Shown here: piece after piece, positions 24,683-36,700 of the stretch
Numbering within the stretch: the stretch's first letter is position 1
Layout: each line of letters begins with the position of its first letter
Source of the DNA: Octopus sinensis
Taxonomy: Eukaryota
Direction: 5' to 3'
Assembly (NCBI RefSeq): GCF_006345805.1
Contig: NC_043001.1
Span: 116,622,001-116,686,000 of the forward strand
Length of the DNA: 64,000 nucleotides
The notes under the pieces: model-generated
Database searches by the model: none
Told to the model about the DNA's origin: nothing
The model's input: the letters and a program-made list of their open reading frames with translations, nothing else
Made by a program: the position numbers and the translations under genes

Positions 24683-25670
24683 GGATCTTTTCTTTTTGAA
24701 GGCCAGATTTTCCTAGTTAACTAAAAAATTTGAAACTTCGTATACTGGTAGAATGTGTCAAAAGAAAACATTATTGTAAACAAAATTGAAAACAAAATTG
24801 TAATTCGTAACTTAAACGTAGTTTGATTTTAAGAATTTTAACCAATGAAATTGCAGCATTCGAGCTCAAATTATTTACCTCTTCTTCTGTCTTCTACATG
24901 TGCTAGAAATAACAGCTATATCTCTTAAATCGATTAATTTCGTCGCCCAATAAAAATATTAACGATATTTTTTGAATATTTTCTTTATTTTTTTTTTACC
25001 GAAAAGGCTTCTCTCATGGTTTTGAAGGGCTAGAAACAACAAAAACAAAACAATAATATGCCTAAATCGGTCTCGAGTTTGCGCGTGGAGTGTTAGTAGT
25101 ATTGTAAAAATTTGCGAAATATTTTTTCATAAAAGGATGCTCCCAGCTTGTCGGAAACTGTGATATAAATTGGGAAAAAAGATCCTCGACACCAGTGCGT
25201 AATTGGTACTTAATTTATCGACCCCGAAACGATGAAACATTGCCCCCCCCCCCCCCTTCTGTGCAAATTTGTTGCGGCAAGTGGCAAAACACGAACTTGT
25301 ATTTTTGCTTGTGTGCGTATGTGTGTGTATGTATATGTCCGTTTGTATGTGTGTGTACGCTTATATATTAATTACTATGTGCTTGTGCAAATGTGCGTGT
25401 GTGTGCGTCGTGTGTGTCGTGCGTCTGCTATATTTCTTTATCAATATCGATAACGCAGCAATGTTGGGATTTCATTGGTTAAAATTCGAAGATGTTCGGA
25501 TTTCATTGGTTAAAATTCGTAAAAATTAAACTACGTTTAAGTTACAAATTACAATTTTGCTTTCAATTTTGTTTACAATGTTTTCTTTTGACACATTCTA
25601 CCAGTATACGAAGTTTCAAATTGTTTAGTTAACTAGGAAAATCTGGCCCTCAAAAAGAAAAGATCGATCC
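24683..25670. mobile_element. 988-bp Merlin-type non-autonomous element with ~165-bp TIRs and perfect 8-bp TSD
   Basis: TIR starts ggatcttttctttttgaaggccagattttcctagttaactaaa. TSD aacgaaac at 24675-24682 and 25671-25678. Confidence 0.9.
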
Positions 25671-26059
25671 AACGAAACATTGCCTTGATTTTTTACACAG
25701 TAACATATTGAGTCAATTAAGAATCCTTTTCATGTTTGCCCAACATACTAGAAATAAGAACCAAATTACCCTCGCTCCACCGCCTTGAAAATGTCGGGAT
25801 ACATCAGATAGTATGGTTCTAGATATGCGTCTGGCCAATAGAAGTTCGAGATGGTCGTGGGTGGAATATTTTTAGTAGAATAAGAACAACTAGTATTTTC
25901 TTACATGTTAGTATGTCAATACCATAATACATAACCCAATAGCGAAGTATTTGAGGGGAGGGGTTAATCCAGCGCGTCGAAATTTTTCTTCTTTAAAATA
26001 ATCTTGTTATTGGAATGTCACATGTATAAACGCGTTTTAATTCTGGATAAATGTTTACT

Positions 26060-26395
26060 GGCGCAGATGTGGTTATATGGAGAGAGCCTCGCTTCCCAAC
26101 CACATGGTTCAGTCCTGCGTGACTCTTCTACTATAGCCTCGGACCGACGAAGGCCTAGTGAGTGAATTTGGTAGATGGAAATTGAAAGAAGCGCGTGGTT
26201 TGTGTGTTACTATTGCTTGACAACCGGTGTTCGCATGTTTACGTCACACGTAATCTAGCGGTTCGGCAAAAAAAAAACGACAGAATAAGTACCAGACTTT
26301 TTTTAAAAAATAAGCACTGGGGTTGATTCATTCGACTAAAAATTCATCAAGGTGATGCCCCAGCATGGCTGCAGTCTAAAAGATAACCTTTTTAA
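26060..26395 (+). mobile_element. Old family A SINE
   Basis: Diverged match to family A head, body and tail. Confidence 0.7.
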
Positions 26396-27969
26396 AAGAT
26401 AGGTATTGCAAGCAGATTTATTTTTCTAAATCCTTCACATGTCACCTAAAAAAATTGCCGTATGTCACAGCAGACACACGTGTAATAGATTTGCCATTAC
26501 TGTCCATAATTCAATGGGATTAGTTTGTAACTTCCAACCGAACAACCAGCTTCATATACAATTATCTTCCTCTCATCGCAGACTGGTAAGCTTCCGTTGT
26601 ACATTTTTCTTCTTCTTTCAACTATAAAGGTAATGTTCTGTTTGTATACGTTCCTGGACATCCCCCAACACAACCAACCAGCCGTGAATGATTCCAGAGC
26701 CTAGCAAGGAAGATCGTTGGGGATATTACTTTTCATGCTGCGATACTCGCTTATATTCTCCACATGCAGTTCCTGTTTGTGAACTATTAGTTTACAGCTT
26801 AATAGTTTCCGCACGTATTTTCGATAACACATCATCGTCACGTCGCAGTTAGTGGCTTCTAAATTATTAGTTCATTTATTTTACACTTAATGAGGCTCTT
26901 CCGATGAGGAAGTTTCTACATGGTCGCACGACTAACTAAAAATAATAACCAAAATTTCAATCAAATCACACTCTATTGTCTTGAGAAATGAAAGGCACAT
27001 TAGATTATATAATCATACAGGGTGGTCATGCTTGGAATAACTTTCATCATAGATCTGCTCTGTTTGGGTTGGCTAGTGGTAAACAACTGGCGTATTTCGT
27101 CGATAATTTTAGATAAGAATTATCAACCTTGGTCTTAGAATTATTTTACGTGTCCGAAATCGTTGCTCGTAATTTTTGCGCTGTGTTTACTACAACAGTA
27201 CAAATACCACATTAATTGCCCATGAATTGATTGATTTCACTAAGATGATTAATTTCCTACCTGTTCTTTTTGTGCATGGCGTCAGTGGCCTTGTAAATGT
27301 CAGTTTAGACAAAGGTTTCTTTATGGTAAAAAGATAGAAAATAGAACAGCTTCTGACAATGCGGAAAGTTTAATAAAACCCTTATATTTCAGGCGCAAAG
27401 GCGCATCTTCAGAAGAAAAAAACAGTCTGAGAAAACTCCTGTTATGTAGTTTCCGTTAACGCATTCAAATTCCAAGTTTCTTGTTTGAATTAAATCCAGT
27501 TCAGTACAATGTAAATATCCAAGAATAAACACCAGGTGACGGTGATAAAGGATCAAACTGATTGAAATGTGATGTGGATGTATATACCAAAGCTTTCATT
27601 TCAAAAAATTAGGTCAAGATTCCGAAAAATCATAAACTTAAGCGAAAATCCCTAAGAGTTATAAAAAGATTTACGAGTTTGTTTTCTGATGAAAGGTAAG
27701 CAAGTGTCATGGCGATAAATGCAATCATGTTGTTGAAGCGGCCAACGTTTCTTATTTGTTGTAAATAATTTGTGGAATGTTGTCGCCACGGTTAATTTAG
27801 TACACAAATGCTGGTTTAACCAGAAACTGAATTTTTTTTCTATATTGAATTCTATGTTGAAATCTAAGTTAAAATCTACCTCGAACCTGAGTTCTGGTCT
27901 AATAGACTTGATGCCATTTAAGCAACTGAGAATACAAGACTCCATCTCTGAATGGAACACAAGTCTGAT

Positions 27970-28135
27970 GCAGAGTTAACCTGTGAACTGTCGCTAATAC
28001 TCAATTTCAGATGAGCTAAGTGGTCTGAAACAACGTAAGGCGAAGTGTCTTGCTCAAAGACACAATGCGACGCCCAGTTCGAGAATCGAACCCACAACCA
28101 AACGATCATGAGTCCAACACTCAAACCACAAGCTA
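27970..28135 (-). mobile_element. Old family E-like SINE
   Basis: tgtcttgctcaaagacacaa and ttcgagaatcgaacccacaacc. Confidence 0.6.
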
Positions 28136-28375
28136 ATGGAAGATGCTTTTAAAGATTGCAGATAGAATAGATACAGATCTAGACTAAACTTTACTTAATG
28201 GAGCAAATATATGTTCGAAGCATTCTAGTCGTAACAATCTTAGTCTTTTGAGGGTAATTTCAGACAATATTAATCTTTTTCTCTTTTTATGACAGCAGAG
28301 CGTGATTTTAGGAAGGTTGAGCTGCTTTTTCTATCAAGTCGAGCGACCACATAAAGATTCTTTTGTGTGCGAGGT
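28135..28375 (-). mobile_element. Old interspersed family F copy (others at ~21910-22090, 26930-27090, 42730-42910, 43570-44080, 47350-47525)
   Basis: Recurrent degenerate motif gtggtc.c.cgacct.ctagaaatagc...ggataatgtagtcc. Confidence 0.6.
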
Positions 28376-28479
28376 TTATCTATACTGACGAAGCTTCGGA
28401 CAGTCGTAGTGGTTATATGCATATAAGATAAACAATTTATAAATCTATTTTTTAATGATTCCCTAATATTTCTTTATAT

Positions 28480-28815
28480 ATGCGCAGGCATGGCTGCGTG
28501 GTTCAGAGCCACACTTCCCAATAACATGATCTTGATTATAGTCACGCTGCGCAACACCTTGAGCTGCTCAAGATTTTCTACTATAGCCTGGACCAACCAA
28601 AGCCCTATGAGTGTTTGTTAGAAAGCGAGAGAAACCCGTCGTGTGCATGCATGCATACATATTCATGCATGAGTCATTGTGTCTGTTAGTTTCGCCACCT
28701 CCACCACTTGACAACTGCAGCTGATATGTTTGCGTCCCCGTCACTAAGTGGTTCGGCAAAAGAGACTAATGGAATAGTACCATGCTTGAAAATAAGTACT
28801 AGAGTCGATTTGTTT
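28480..28815 (+). mobile_element. Old family A SINE
   Basis: catggctgcgtggttc...cggcaaaagagactaatggaatagtac. Confidence 0.65.
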
Positions 28816-29723
28816 GATTTGTCGGAAATTGCAGTTGCTGGAAGAGACACGGGATATATAGACCATTGTCGCGTGGAACGTTAATGCACGAGTATTATAG
28901 ATTTAGCTGGCTACGCGTGTTATAACAAGAACAACACTCACGAAGATTTAACAAAATATTTCTTTAAGGGAAAGCTGAACATTTATCCATATACGAATTA
29001 TCAGATGCTCACTGGTAGAGAAAAAGAAGATATAAAGTTCAACTTTCGTAGCTTCTAAATTTTACAGAAATTGATGGCTTGTTCAAGATACAGGAACGAA
29101 TTGGTCTTGAATGAAACTGAGATCTTCCGAATTTACTTTTCTTGCTTGTTTGTAGCGAGAAGTGAAATAACTTATTTTGCAGCAAAAGGCAAAGATTTGC
29201 GTGACAAGAAGTGTCTTAGAAACAAGTGATTCTTCATAACACGGTCGTACAAGTACCAGAATGTATGTGTCGGAATCTGGCGAGTCTCTCAAATTCTGTG
29301 ATTGCTTGTCAAGTGGTAAGATATCTGTTCCCAGTGGTGATTTCGAACCTCCGCGCCTAGATCTTCGCAAGTACAGCTTATGACAAGAGAAAAGCGCGCG
29401 AATCTCAAGAGCATTAACTTTCGCTCTACTTGTGGCGTAATCTCCTATATCCAGTTGTGCAAATACCAAAATATCGATTATGTGCAGCACGTACAAATAA
29501 ATTAATACGAATACGTAAGGTAAGTAGATATCACTTACTCTATAATCCTTATTTTTACACACATACACACACGCGCGCGCATCGATAAGCAAACGTCATG
29601 TTTGTGTGTATGTATATATATATATAACGGGAAGCTTTATGAAAATAAACAAAAGACGAAGGCAGGTGGAATACAAACAAACAATTGTATTTGTATGGCG
29701 CTCAGGAATATAAATAAAACAAG

Positions 29724-29761
29724 TCTTTTACGTTTCGAGCCTACGCTCTTCAACAGAAAGA
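29724..29761 (-). ncRNA. Minimal type I hammerhead-like motif in a probable Penelope-derived terminal repeat
   Basis: TCTTT-CTGTTGA-A-GAGC(GTAG)GCTC-GAA-ACGT-A-AAAGA. Stems I and II are perfect, stem III is a palindromic ACGT, and the core has A6U. Confidence 0.6.
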
Positions 29762-30319
29762 TACACAGAAAAGAAACACGGAAAGAAACAGGGAGAGAAA
29801 AAAAATGCGTGCAGAAGCTAGCGAATCAACATGGCGATCTATATATATACGTGTGTGTGTTACAATTATTCTTATTATTAGACCCTAACAATGAAATGGA
29901 AGATAGTATGCCAAGCAAAGTGTTAAACAACAGAGCACTAAATTAAATATCTTGCGATATTTAGTTACGTCCCTTTACATCCTATGCTTGTCATCATTCA
30001 GGGGTCGAGGTAATAATTATCATAGTCAATACAGCTGACATTAAAAAAAATTTAATTAGAATAATTATATGGTATTTTCTAAAAATAGTACCAGTCAAGC
30101 ATAGAATCCAGAAACAGATGAAGGTCAGTTAATGCCCTAAACACAGCTTTCTCGACCCTACTAATATATAAATGACAAGTCATCGTTATATTTATTGCTG
30201 AATGTGAAATAATAGATTAAAAATTCAAGCCATCTCCCACATCAGATCCCCACGCAATTATGTTATATATAACCTGTTTCTTTAACATTAAATAGCATTA
30301 AACAATATAACAACATCAT

Positions 30320-30990
30320 TTAAGGCGTCGAGCTGGTAGAAATGTTTCCATGCTTTGCGGCATTTCTTCCGACTTTACGTTCTGGGTTCAAAAGTCACCG
30401 AGGTCGATTTCGCCTTTCATCCTTTCTGGGTTGATAAAATAAAATATCAGTTGAGCATTTGGGGTCGATGTAATAGACTTATCCAGTCCCACGAAATTGA
30501 TGGCCTTGTGCCAAAATTTGAAATTAATATAGTTACATTATTTATTTATAACTGAAGGTGGCGAGCTACCGGAATCGTTAGCACGCCGGACAAAATGTTT
30601 AGCAGCATTTCTTCCGGTTTTACGTTTAGAGTTCAAATTCCACCAAGCTCGACTTTGCTTGGATCGATAAAATAAGTACTAGTCAAATACCGAGACCGAT
30701 GAAATCGACAAGCCTCTGCCACTAAACATTTCGGGTCTTGTGCCTATAGTAGAAAGGATTATTTATAGGCAAAGAACTGACAGTTGTTAGGGCGTCGGAT
30801 AAAATGTCCCAGGGTATTTGTTCCGATCCTGTAATTTCTGACTCCAAATGTCCACGAGGTTAACTCTGTTGTTCATACTTCCAGTATCGATAAAAAGTAC
30901 CAATCGAGGCGGTAGACTGGCAGAACTGTTACAGCATCGGACGGGATGCGTTGAGGTATTTATTCCGGCTCTTTGCGTTCTGACGATAAC
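30320..30990 (+). mobile_element. Cluster of 3-4 diverged family D-like SINEs
   Basis: Repeated aaggcg.cgagct...gaggtcga.ttcgcctttcatcc units. Confidence 0.75.
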
Positions 30991-32379
30991 AACTACGACA
31001 CAAAGCTTGGCTCGATAAAGACAAGGCCAAACTTTATCGGTCTTGCCTTTCCCTGAAACATCACCTAAGAAGTGGAGAGGAGGAGACTTGCAATCAAGGA
31101 TAACTGCCAGTCTTCCACAAAATAAGCCTCGCCCCGGGGTTGTACCTCGGGAAGGAACTCGCTCATCCATTTATAAATAAGGCAAGAGGAAACGCAATCA
31201 AAAAAATAAACAGAAACCAGTTTACCACGTGAACCATGGGATATATGGGCACTGAAAATGAAACTATGTGTTGTTCCCATTCCCTTGGTGCCTTAAACAT
31301 ATGCTGCTTGTATTGTTAAATGGTTTAATTCAAGTTTTGTGGGTTTATATAGGTGGCTATCCGTTTCTCACTAAAATATTTCCTGGCTTTGTGCCTGTAT
31401 TAGAAATCGGTGAAGTTTTGGAGTAGCTGTCCTTCGAAGTTCTGTACTTCCTGGAAAAGAAAAGTTGTTTTTTGGGGGTTTTTTTATTTCATTATTTATT
31501 ATTCCTTTTCTTCAGACACCGAAAATTACGTTTCTGAAGAAGAAATTTTTTCCAAAAGTTTCGTTTCAGGTTTTTTGTTTAACAACATTCTTCTACACTT
31601 ATGTTACCCTTTTCTTTTCCCATGAGTTAAAGGACTCCGAAGGACAACTATTCCAAAGATCTGCCAAAAAATTATTATCTCTAAAATAAAAAAGGAAAAA
31701 AACCTTGCTTGATGTGACAAAACATGTAACCAACAACCTAACACATTAACAGATAAAACATCCTACTCTGCTTAATGACTTTACGTCTATATTAAGCCAT
31801 TTTCCCTTGCGGTTTTAACTTATCTAGAGTAGCGGGCATAGAGGCGTGTGTGCGCACTCGCACACACATATTTTAAGATATGCTGAGTGTCTCATAAGCC
31901 TGTCATGTTTTCTTATATAAACATGCTTAAAACGTTGCCTTACTTACAGGTCACCCTGTATGTATGTACGTACGTATGTATGATTATACACGTGCGTGTG
32001 CGCTCCCGCCCACACCCGCCAGTATGTAAATACATAACACCCACCCTCAAGCAGACAGAAAACACACACAAATTCTGCGTTGTGCATTGAGGAAAGGATG
32101 TCAGCCACCCACTCTGAACAATCTGAATAAGCGACTTCTTGTTTGTTAAGGTTTTTTTGTTTTCTCTGACCGAGATGAAAAATTAACCACCTTTGCCGCC
32201 ACAATCAACACACATACAACACAAGCGATAGTGTGTTTGTGTGTGAGTGTGATTACTGGCTCCCACACATTCAGGAAATGATGCAAATTTACAGAATTTC
32301 TGTATTTGTTAGCTATTAATAATAGTGATTCCTACAACAGACACTACACGGTCACAAAGGCTGAAGAGAGAAAGGCGTT

Positions 32380-32925
32380 GAGTAGGCCATATCAAACTCC
32401 GTATTTACTTAATTGGAACTTTATTTTATAGCCCTTGAAAAGGACGAACAGTAAAATGAGCTTCAGTTTGATTTGAACTCGGGACGTGCAGAGACGTAAC
32501 TGAAAGTCGCAATATATTTTGATATTTGTATAACGGTTTCCGATTTAGGCATAATGCCAGAAATTTTGAAGGGAAGGAGGAAATCAACATAACTGACTCC
32601 GATACTCAACTAGTACTTTATTTTATCAACCCCGAATAATGAAAGTCAATGTTCATTCACCTCGGTAGAATTTGAACTCTGAATATAGAAAGCCGGAATA
32701 AATGTTGCAAGGCATTTTCCCGCCAACGTTCTGACGATTCTGCCAGCTCGCTGCCTTTAATATTTGAATAAAATTTTCTTAATTTGGGTATAAGGCCAGC
32801 AGTTTTGAGATAAGAGGTTCGTCGATAGAACCGATTCCAGTACTTCACTCGTACTTTATTTTATCGAGCCCCAGAAGAATGAAAGAAAAAGATAATCTCG
32901 GTGAGATTTGTACTAAGAGCGTAAT
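32380..32925 (-). mobile_element. Cluster of about 3 diverged family D-like SINEs
   Basis: Repeated tactt.attttatc.a.ccc...gatttgaactc units. Confidence 0.7.
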
Positions 32926-33438
32926 GTGCTTCAACAAATATTGCAACGCATTTGGACCGACGCTATAAACATTGTCAATGCACCTCCTAAATATCTGCCC
33001 CATAAAAAAATAAAGGTTATACCAGTGCCACAGTTGGCTTGAACGATAAGGGGAAGGTCCATGGTTTCTATGACATAATCAGAGGTGCGACATTGTGTCC
33101 ACGCCATGACCAAAGATACTTCGAGGTTAAATTCATTTAAGCGTTGAAATACATCACGGCGTTGGTGCAACACACCATAACAGTGAGAGTATTGCAGAAT
33201 TAATGAGTGTTTCGTCAACTAATTAACTTCAAATAGAACGTTCTACCTCATTTTGAGTAAACAGCGAAGAAACTGTTCTATTTCCTAGAATCTTATCTCT
33301 GTCTTCCTCAATTCATTCTAAAATTGCTCCAACTACGAAGAATTTGGTCTCCCCAAAGCAGTAGAAATTACTAGCAAACAAAACAGACAACCAAACGAGA
33401 ATTTCATCAATAACAGTATAAAGATTAATTGGGAATTT

Positions 33439-33498
33439 TAGTGGTTAGGATTCCTGGCTTTCACCCAGGCGGTCCGGGTTCGATTCCCGGCATGGGAA
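33439..33498 (+). pseudogene. 5'-truncated tRNA-Glu(TTC) followed by a T10 tract
   Basis: tagtggttaggatt-cctgg-ctTTCac-ccagg-cggtccgggttcgattcccggcatgggaa. Anticodon and T arms are intact, but the 5' acceptor strand (expected tcccatg) is absent. Confidence 0.88.
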
Positions 33499-33666
33499 CG
33501 CTGATTTTTTTTTTCTTGAATGGCGGTGCCCCAGCGTGGCCACAGCTCGTGAGCTGAAACTAGATAAAATATAAAAATATATATGTGCACAAGACCCGAG
33601 ATTTAACGAAAGGTGGTGGAGGGGGTGGGGGTCAATCGATTAAATTAGCTCCGGTACTTAACTGGT

Positions 33667-33955
33667 GTGGAGGCTCAATGGCCTAGTGGCTAGGGCAGCG
33701 GACTCGCGGTCGTAGGATCGCGGTTTCGATTCCCAGACCGGGCGTTGTGAGTGTTTATTGAGCGAAAACACCTAAAGCTCCACGAGGCTCCGGCAGGGGG
33801 TGGTGATCCCTGCTGTACTCTTTCACCACTCTTTCTTCTGTTGGCCTGCTCGCTGAGCCAGCGGGGTGGCGTCATTTGAAGGCTAAAACAATGCGAAGCG
33901 CATTGTGACCAGCGATGTGTAACAACATCTGATAGCCTGGTCGGTCACGGTAATC
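33667..33955 (+). mobile_element. Family C SINE with 11-bp TSD, inserted in an older SINE
   Basis: TSD acttaactggt at 33656-33666 and 33956-33966. Confidence 0.92.
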
Positions 33956-34264
33956 ACTTAACTGGTACTTGATAAATCATGGAAGTTTAACAAATAAAAA
34001 GTACCTCGGCGGGATTTGAATTCAGAATGTGAAGAGCCAAAACAAATGCCACAAACATTGGGCATTTTGTCCGGTGCTCACCGGTTCTGCCAATCCACTG
34101 CCTAATTACTAATAATGCTAAACCATCACAAACTGGACGCATTGACACGAAATCTACAAAATTATGTAACATACATTATTTTCTCATATTACGCAGCGTG
34201 TGCGGATGCGTGTGTGTGTGCTGCTCTCCACGAAGCCAACTTTATATCACACCAAGAGTTTAGT

Positions 34265-34570
34265 CAAACAAATCAACCCCAGGACTTATTGTTTTAAGTC
34301 TGAGATACTTATTTCAGTGATCCCATTTGCAGAACCGCTAAGTTAAGGGGACATAAACAAGGACCACGTTGGCAAGCGGTAGGAGGGGAAAAAAACACAT
34401 ACGCATACATATATACACAGCAAGCTTCCACACAGTTTTCGTCCACCAAATTCACTCAAGACATAGGTCGACCCTGGGCGACACTTGCCCAAAATGCCGC
34501 AGGTAGAGCTGAACCCGAAACCATATGGTTGCAAATCAAGCTTCTTAACTACAAAGCCCTGTCTGTGCCC
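34265..34570 (-). mobile_element. Old family A SINE
   Basis: gaaccgctaag...ggggacataaac...cacttgcccaaaatgccgc. Confidence 0.7.
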
Positions 34571-34571
34571 C

Positions 34572-34576
<5 letters not shown>

Positions 34577-34658
<82 letters not shown>
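34577..34658. repeat. (AT)n microsatellite (similar tracts at 1249-1313, 2373-2439, 17511-17584, 54550-54756)
   Basis: Direct observation. Confidence 0.97.
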
Positions 34659-34661
<3 letters not shown>

Positions 34662-34818
34662 GCATGTACCGTCAGTAATTACTCAAGGTAGGCAGTTGGC
34701 GACTTTTATGTAGTAAAGCACACAAAAAATAAGCGAAATACGAAATACGTAAAAAAAACAACTGTATTGTAGAAATGTACGCAGTACTATGAGTAGCTTA
34801 CATATTAAGATTGTAAAT

Positions 34819-34999
34819 CAGGGGCGAATTACGCCTACATGATCTAAAAAAAAATTTTAACATTTTACATTTTATGTTTATTAATCAAACTAACCTTCAT
34901 AATTTTATTGAATTAGGTGCATATTTTGCCATGAGAGGAAAATGTTGCTACCGATCTATTTTAGTCAAAGTAAGCACAGCCTACCTAGGCGGCACGCCC

Positions 35000-35002
<3 letters not shown>
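34819..35002. mobile_element. Possible hAT-derived element with CAGGGGCG termini
   Basis: 8-9 bp inverted termini; no TSD found. Confidence 0.35.
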
Positions 35003-35052
<50 letters not shown>

Positions 35053-35089
35053 CACACATACATAGCACTTTTCCTTAACACTATTACAC

Positions 35090-36700
35090 TAATCAACAAG
35101 AAAATTAACTTCCCCTAAAATATGTTGAAACCTCCGTGAAAGACTAAATGTCTTTTGTAGAAAACGGAAAACTTCGTTAAAAGATTTAACTGGCTGGGGG
35201 GGGGTGCTTCTTCGATGAAACCGTTGATAATAACACAGATCCTAAGTTTGGTTTTAAAGCTAACAAGGATCAACCCATTAATAAGCTGTTAATCTCTCTT
35301 GAAGACCTTTATGTACCCATCAAGAACATAAAACTCAGAGATTACAGCAAATTCTAGAGGGACCGCGCCCATAAGATTGGAAGTTATCAAGAGATCAGAA
35401 GACATGTTTATAAAATCTGATAAATCTAAGAATTTAATCCAAATAAATTACAAGTCTTATAAGAATTTTATCTCCAATTCTATATACAAAACCAAATAAA
35501 TCCAGTGGAACCTGTAAAATGACATCAATGAACAGGATAAAAGATAACCTACAAATGAGTGCTGTGAAACCCTTTCGTTAAAAACTATATTTTTTACGTT
35601 CAATTATCAAAAGACCGATGTCGTATACAAACTAACAATTAGATTGTTGAACACAAGTAGGAGCGACGTCGGCCAGATCAGCAAGCATGTTGTTAACAGT
35701 ATAATTCCCGAAGTCAAAAGGCTCTCACTTTTACCTCCACTGAATATCGGAGGTAACTATTTGGTTCAAGATTATCCCAAGCAAATGCAGAAGGACAGTT
35801 TTATAGTTTGACATCTGCGATTATGTCTGAATCGCCCTACTGTGAAAAAGGAGCAATACATTTTGCTAGGTCAATCACCAATATCATAAACAGCAAAATA
35901 TAAATCATTGCACACGCACGTAAAATAGTCAAATTTAACAGCAACTCAAATGATTCCTACGATATTACAATAGGTGTCAAAATCATGGCTGAAACCAGCG
36001 ATCCCACGGGCTTATAAATCCTACACAAAACGAAACGGGCGGTTGTTTTCGTGACAACGGAGTGTTAACCAGACCTAATGGAAACCTACTTGTAACTGAT
36101 AGCTTCAGAAAAATAAACTCCACAATTTCAAGAATTTCCTAAAAACGAACTTTTGATGTTACTCACGATCTCTTCAATTCCTCTTACTACTCAGCACAAA
36201 TTTAAGGGAGCAATTACACCTATAAGTACTTTAACCACCCCAGACATGTAATTTATAATCTGATACCGAACATCTCACTTCGGCTTCCCTAACTTTCATC
36301 AAACCAACAGATTTCCAGAATGCATCCCAACACTACAATGAAGCCTAAGCAAGAAGTGGCTATAAGGATAAAATTTTACACCACACAGCACCCAAATTCT
36401 GCCTCAACAGAATCAATCATAGAAAAATAAACATTATTCGGTAGGTTCTGCCTTTCAAAATCACATTCTCAACACCATTAGCACAACACTTCTTTAAGTT
36501 ACTTGAAAATAATTTCTCCTTAAACCATAAAATATTACCATATTTTTGGTGAAAACCTTACCAAACTTACTTTCTCTGCTTTAAACTTCAAACGCAATTT
36601 AACATATATACTAACACCTCTAAGCTTAAGCAGAACAAAACCAGTAACCAACAACGCGTCAATCCTTGTAATTATACTGATACCATAGCTACTGTCTAAA
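35090..36700 (+). mobile_element. Penelope-like element RT relic, heavily decayed
   Basis: Colinear motifs FGFKA, IKSDKSKN, RLLN..RSDVGQISK, FDICDY, IIAHARK, YDITIG, GCFRDNG (YRDDG), FDVT, FNHP, SGY. Confidence 0.8.

Noticed and set aside
29083-29592. 169-aa minus-strand ORF
   Set aside because: Begins in a (GT)/(GC) repeat, has no recognisable motif and no convincing donor site.
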